From positions 67,642,001-67,706,000 of the forward strand of contig NC_079165.1 of assembly GCF_947568905.1 (NCBI RefSeq): DNA of 64,000 nucleotides, written 5' to 3'. Origin of the DNA: Ostrea edulis. Lineage: Eukaryota. Below the pieces are notes generated by a model that was given only the letters and a program-made list of their open reading frames with translations, made no database searches and was not told where the DNA came from. Made by a program: the position numbers and the translations under genes. Shown here piece after piece: positions 63,421-64,000 of the stretch. Position 1 is the first letter of the stretch. Every line of letters begins with the position of its first letter.

Positions 63421-63461
63421 CTCTCTCTCTCTCTCCTATCTCTCTCCCTCCTATCTCTCTC
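63375..63461. repeat. (CT)n microsatellite with cta interruptions
   Basis: Direct reading. Confidence 0.95.
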
Positions 63462-64000
63462 TAGTACTAGTATATCCATGTGAAAATTCAATTCCCTTTA
63501 AAAAATGTGGTTAAGTACCATGTTTGATAGATATTGATCCATTCTTGGTTTGAAAAAAGAAGTCGGAAATGTGATAAGACGATGACTACGACAACGTTTG
63601 AGTAGAAAGGCCAAAAGTGGGATTCATGCCGAATTTATTTAAAATAAGAGTTTTGATAATTGGCCTTACAAAGACAATGTTGTTAAAACTTTGTCATCTG
63701 GAACTAATATATATTCCTCACGTAACCTATCCAAATCTTCTATCACTTCTGGTTTACTAAACACAGATGGATGAGTGGTATGCACTTTTGATTTAATGTA
63801 CCTAATAAGTGATTTTAATATTCCTCTGATAATTTGTTTTCATTCTAACAATGTTTCAAGATCTTTCTTTTCATATTTAGCCTATCAACTGTCATAATCT
63901 TCGACAGAATTCATAATAGAGATGAAGGTGCATTGCCAATTGAAAGATCGTGATTCTCTGAATTTAAGATCTTTAAAAATAAGTTATTCACGTCCTCATT

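Overview
AT-rich, intron-containing animal DNA. The SINE, Penelope-like and satellite families suggest a bivalve, probably an oyster (inference). The main structure is a minus-strand tandem array of four paralogous EGF-repeat (CED-1/Draper/MEGF10/SREC-like) cell-surface receptor genes, here called A (6.3-9.5 kb), B (14.5-19.8 kb), C (39.7-46.1 kb) and D (50.4-53.0 kb). They share a four-exon plan: signal peptide, 47-nt CCxNFY exon, 141-nt EGF exon, terminal exon. They are arranged as a duplicated two-gene cassette, each with one transmembrane Tyr-motif receptor (B, D) and one short TM-less form (A, C). Only D is fully intact (377 aa by manual splicing). B has a frameshift-truncated tail; A and C carry nonsense or splice lesions; C has a triplicated EGF exon. 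The intron after the EGF exon holds a 35-bp minisatellite whose unit resembles an amplified copy of that exon's own splice-donor junction. At 57.7-61.0 kb are five in-frame minus-strand exons of a different gene, a probable GPI-anchored GH36/Sip1-like glycoside hydrolase whose 5' part I could not find. The rest is TE debris: about 20 Penelope-like (Naiad-type) fragments, several SINE families, Kolobok-type and other MITEs, two DIRS tyrosine-recombinase remnants and an ISL2EU/Harbinger transposase fragment. All exon models and alignments were made by eye. Repeat boundaries are approximate and family names come from remembered motifs, not database searches.
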